A stretch of 64,000 nt of DNA from positions 682,001-746,000 of the forward strand of contig BCKZ01000007.1 of the NCBI GenBank assembly GCA_001600815.1, in the 5' to 3' direction. Shown here piece after piece: positions 63,448 through 64,000 of the stretch (position 1 is its first letter; each line of letters starts with the position of its first letter). The stretch is from Alloascoidea hylecoeti (Eukaryota). The position numbers were made by a program, and so were the translations under genes. Under the pieces are notes generated by a model. It saw only the letters and a program-made list of their open reading frames with translations, did not search any database and was not told the origin of the DNA.

Positions 63448-63954
63448 ATGAAACTCAAGTCAATTTTTTCAGCTTTAGCTTGGGCCACCTTGGTCTCTAC
63501 TTCCTCCATCAATTCACCCATTCTCAATCGTTTATGGGCAGGAATCGACAATACCCCCATTAGCGGTGGATCTCCAGTACAACTTTGTGATGAGTCTGAA
63601 CCCCAACTACTTACCATCGATTATATAAAAACCCTTCCAACCAAGCCAGAAAGAGGAAAGAACTTGACCGTTATTGCTGGTGGTTACGTCTCTAAGCAAA
63701 TCCCAGAGAAATCATACGTCTATGTTGAGGTTAAATATGGGTATATCAAGTTAGTACAAGAGTATTTTGATTTATGCGAACAGTTAGGTAATGTCGACTT
63801 AGAATGTCCTGTAAATAAAGGTTATTTATCTATTTCTAAAGAGGTTGAAATTCCACAAGAGGTCCCCCCTGGAAAATATCTGGTTACTGCAAGAGCTTAC
63901 ACTCTAGCCGACGAGCTCATCACCTGTTTAACTGCTAATGTCGAATTTCCGTGA
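63448..63954 (+). CDS. NPC2: Npc2 / phosphatidylglycerol-phosphatidylinositol transfer protein (ML domain, 168 aa)
   Basis: Signal peptide, GSPVQLC, P.RGKNLTV.A.G, VKYGYIKL..DLC..LECPV, IPQEVPPGKY, ITCL. Confidence 0.93.
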   Translation: MKLKSIFSALAWATLVSTSSINSPILNRLWAGIDNTPISGGSPVQLCDESEPQLLTIDYIKTLPTKPERGKNLTVIAGGYVSKQIPEKSYVYVEVKYGYIKLVQEYFDLCEQLGNVDLECPVNKGYLSISKEVEIPQEVPPGKYLVTARAYTLADELITCLTANVEFP

Positions 63955-64000
63955 GCAAATTTAAAGATTATTGAAGGTTATATATTTATAATGTAACAAA

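Overview
AT-rich, relatively intron-rich budding-yeast (Saccharomycotina-type) nuclear DNA. CUG appears to be read as Leu. Core genes: EMP24 (3 exons), RPS27 (2 exons), GLC7 (3 exons), a Vts1-like SAM protein, MRPL38 (2 exons), MRP49, an MtfA/Loz1-type C2H2 factor, MIR1, a Yra1/REF-family RRM gene (4 exons), ADY2/ATO, NPC2, tRNA-Thr(AGU), and four Fen2/Liz1-like MFS permease paralogs. The long intergenic spaces hold much foreign or mobile DNA. (1) An intact stand-alone Ty3/gypsy-type capsid (Gag) ORF with no pol or recognisable LTR, a candidate domesticated capsid. (2) An intact orphan ORF resembling a knuckle-less LINE ORF1. (3) Two decayed totivirus-like endogenous viral elements, each with capsid, frameshift-junction and Pol N-terminal remnants. 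(4) A decayed L1-clade (Zorro-like) LINE abutting the tRNA and carrying a 93-bp 18S rRNA insert. (5) Tc1/mariner relics and a Tc1-derived MITE. (6) A long hairpin with a perfect 42-bp core. An ~780-nt ORF-free region divergent from RPS27 shows telomerase-RNA-like architecture. All homology calls are by eye from remembered family motifs; no searches were run.
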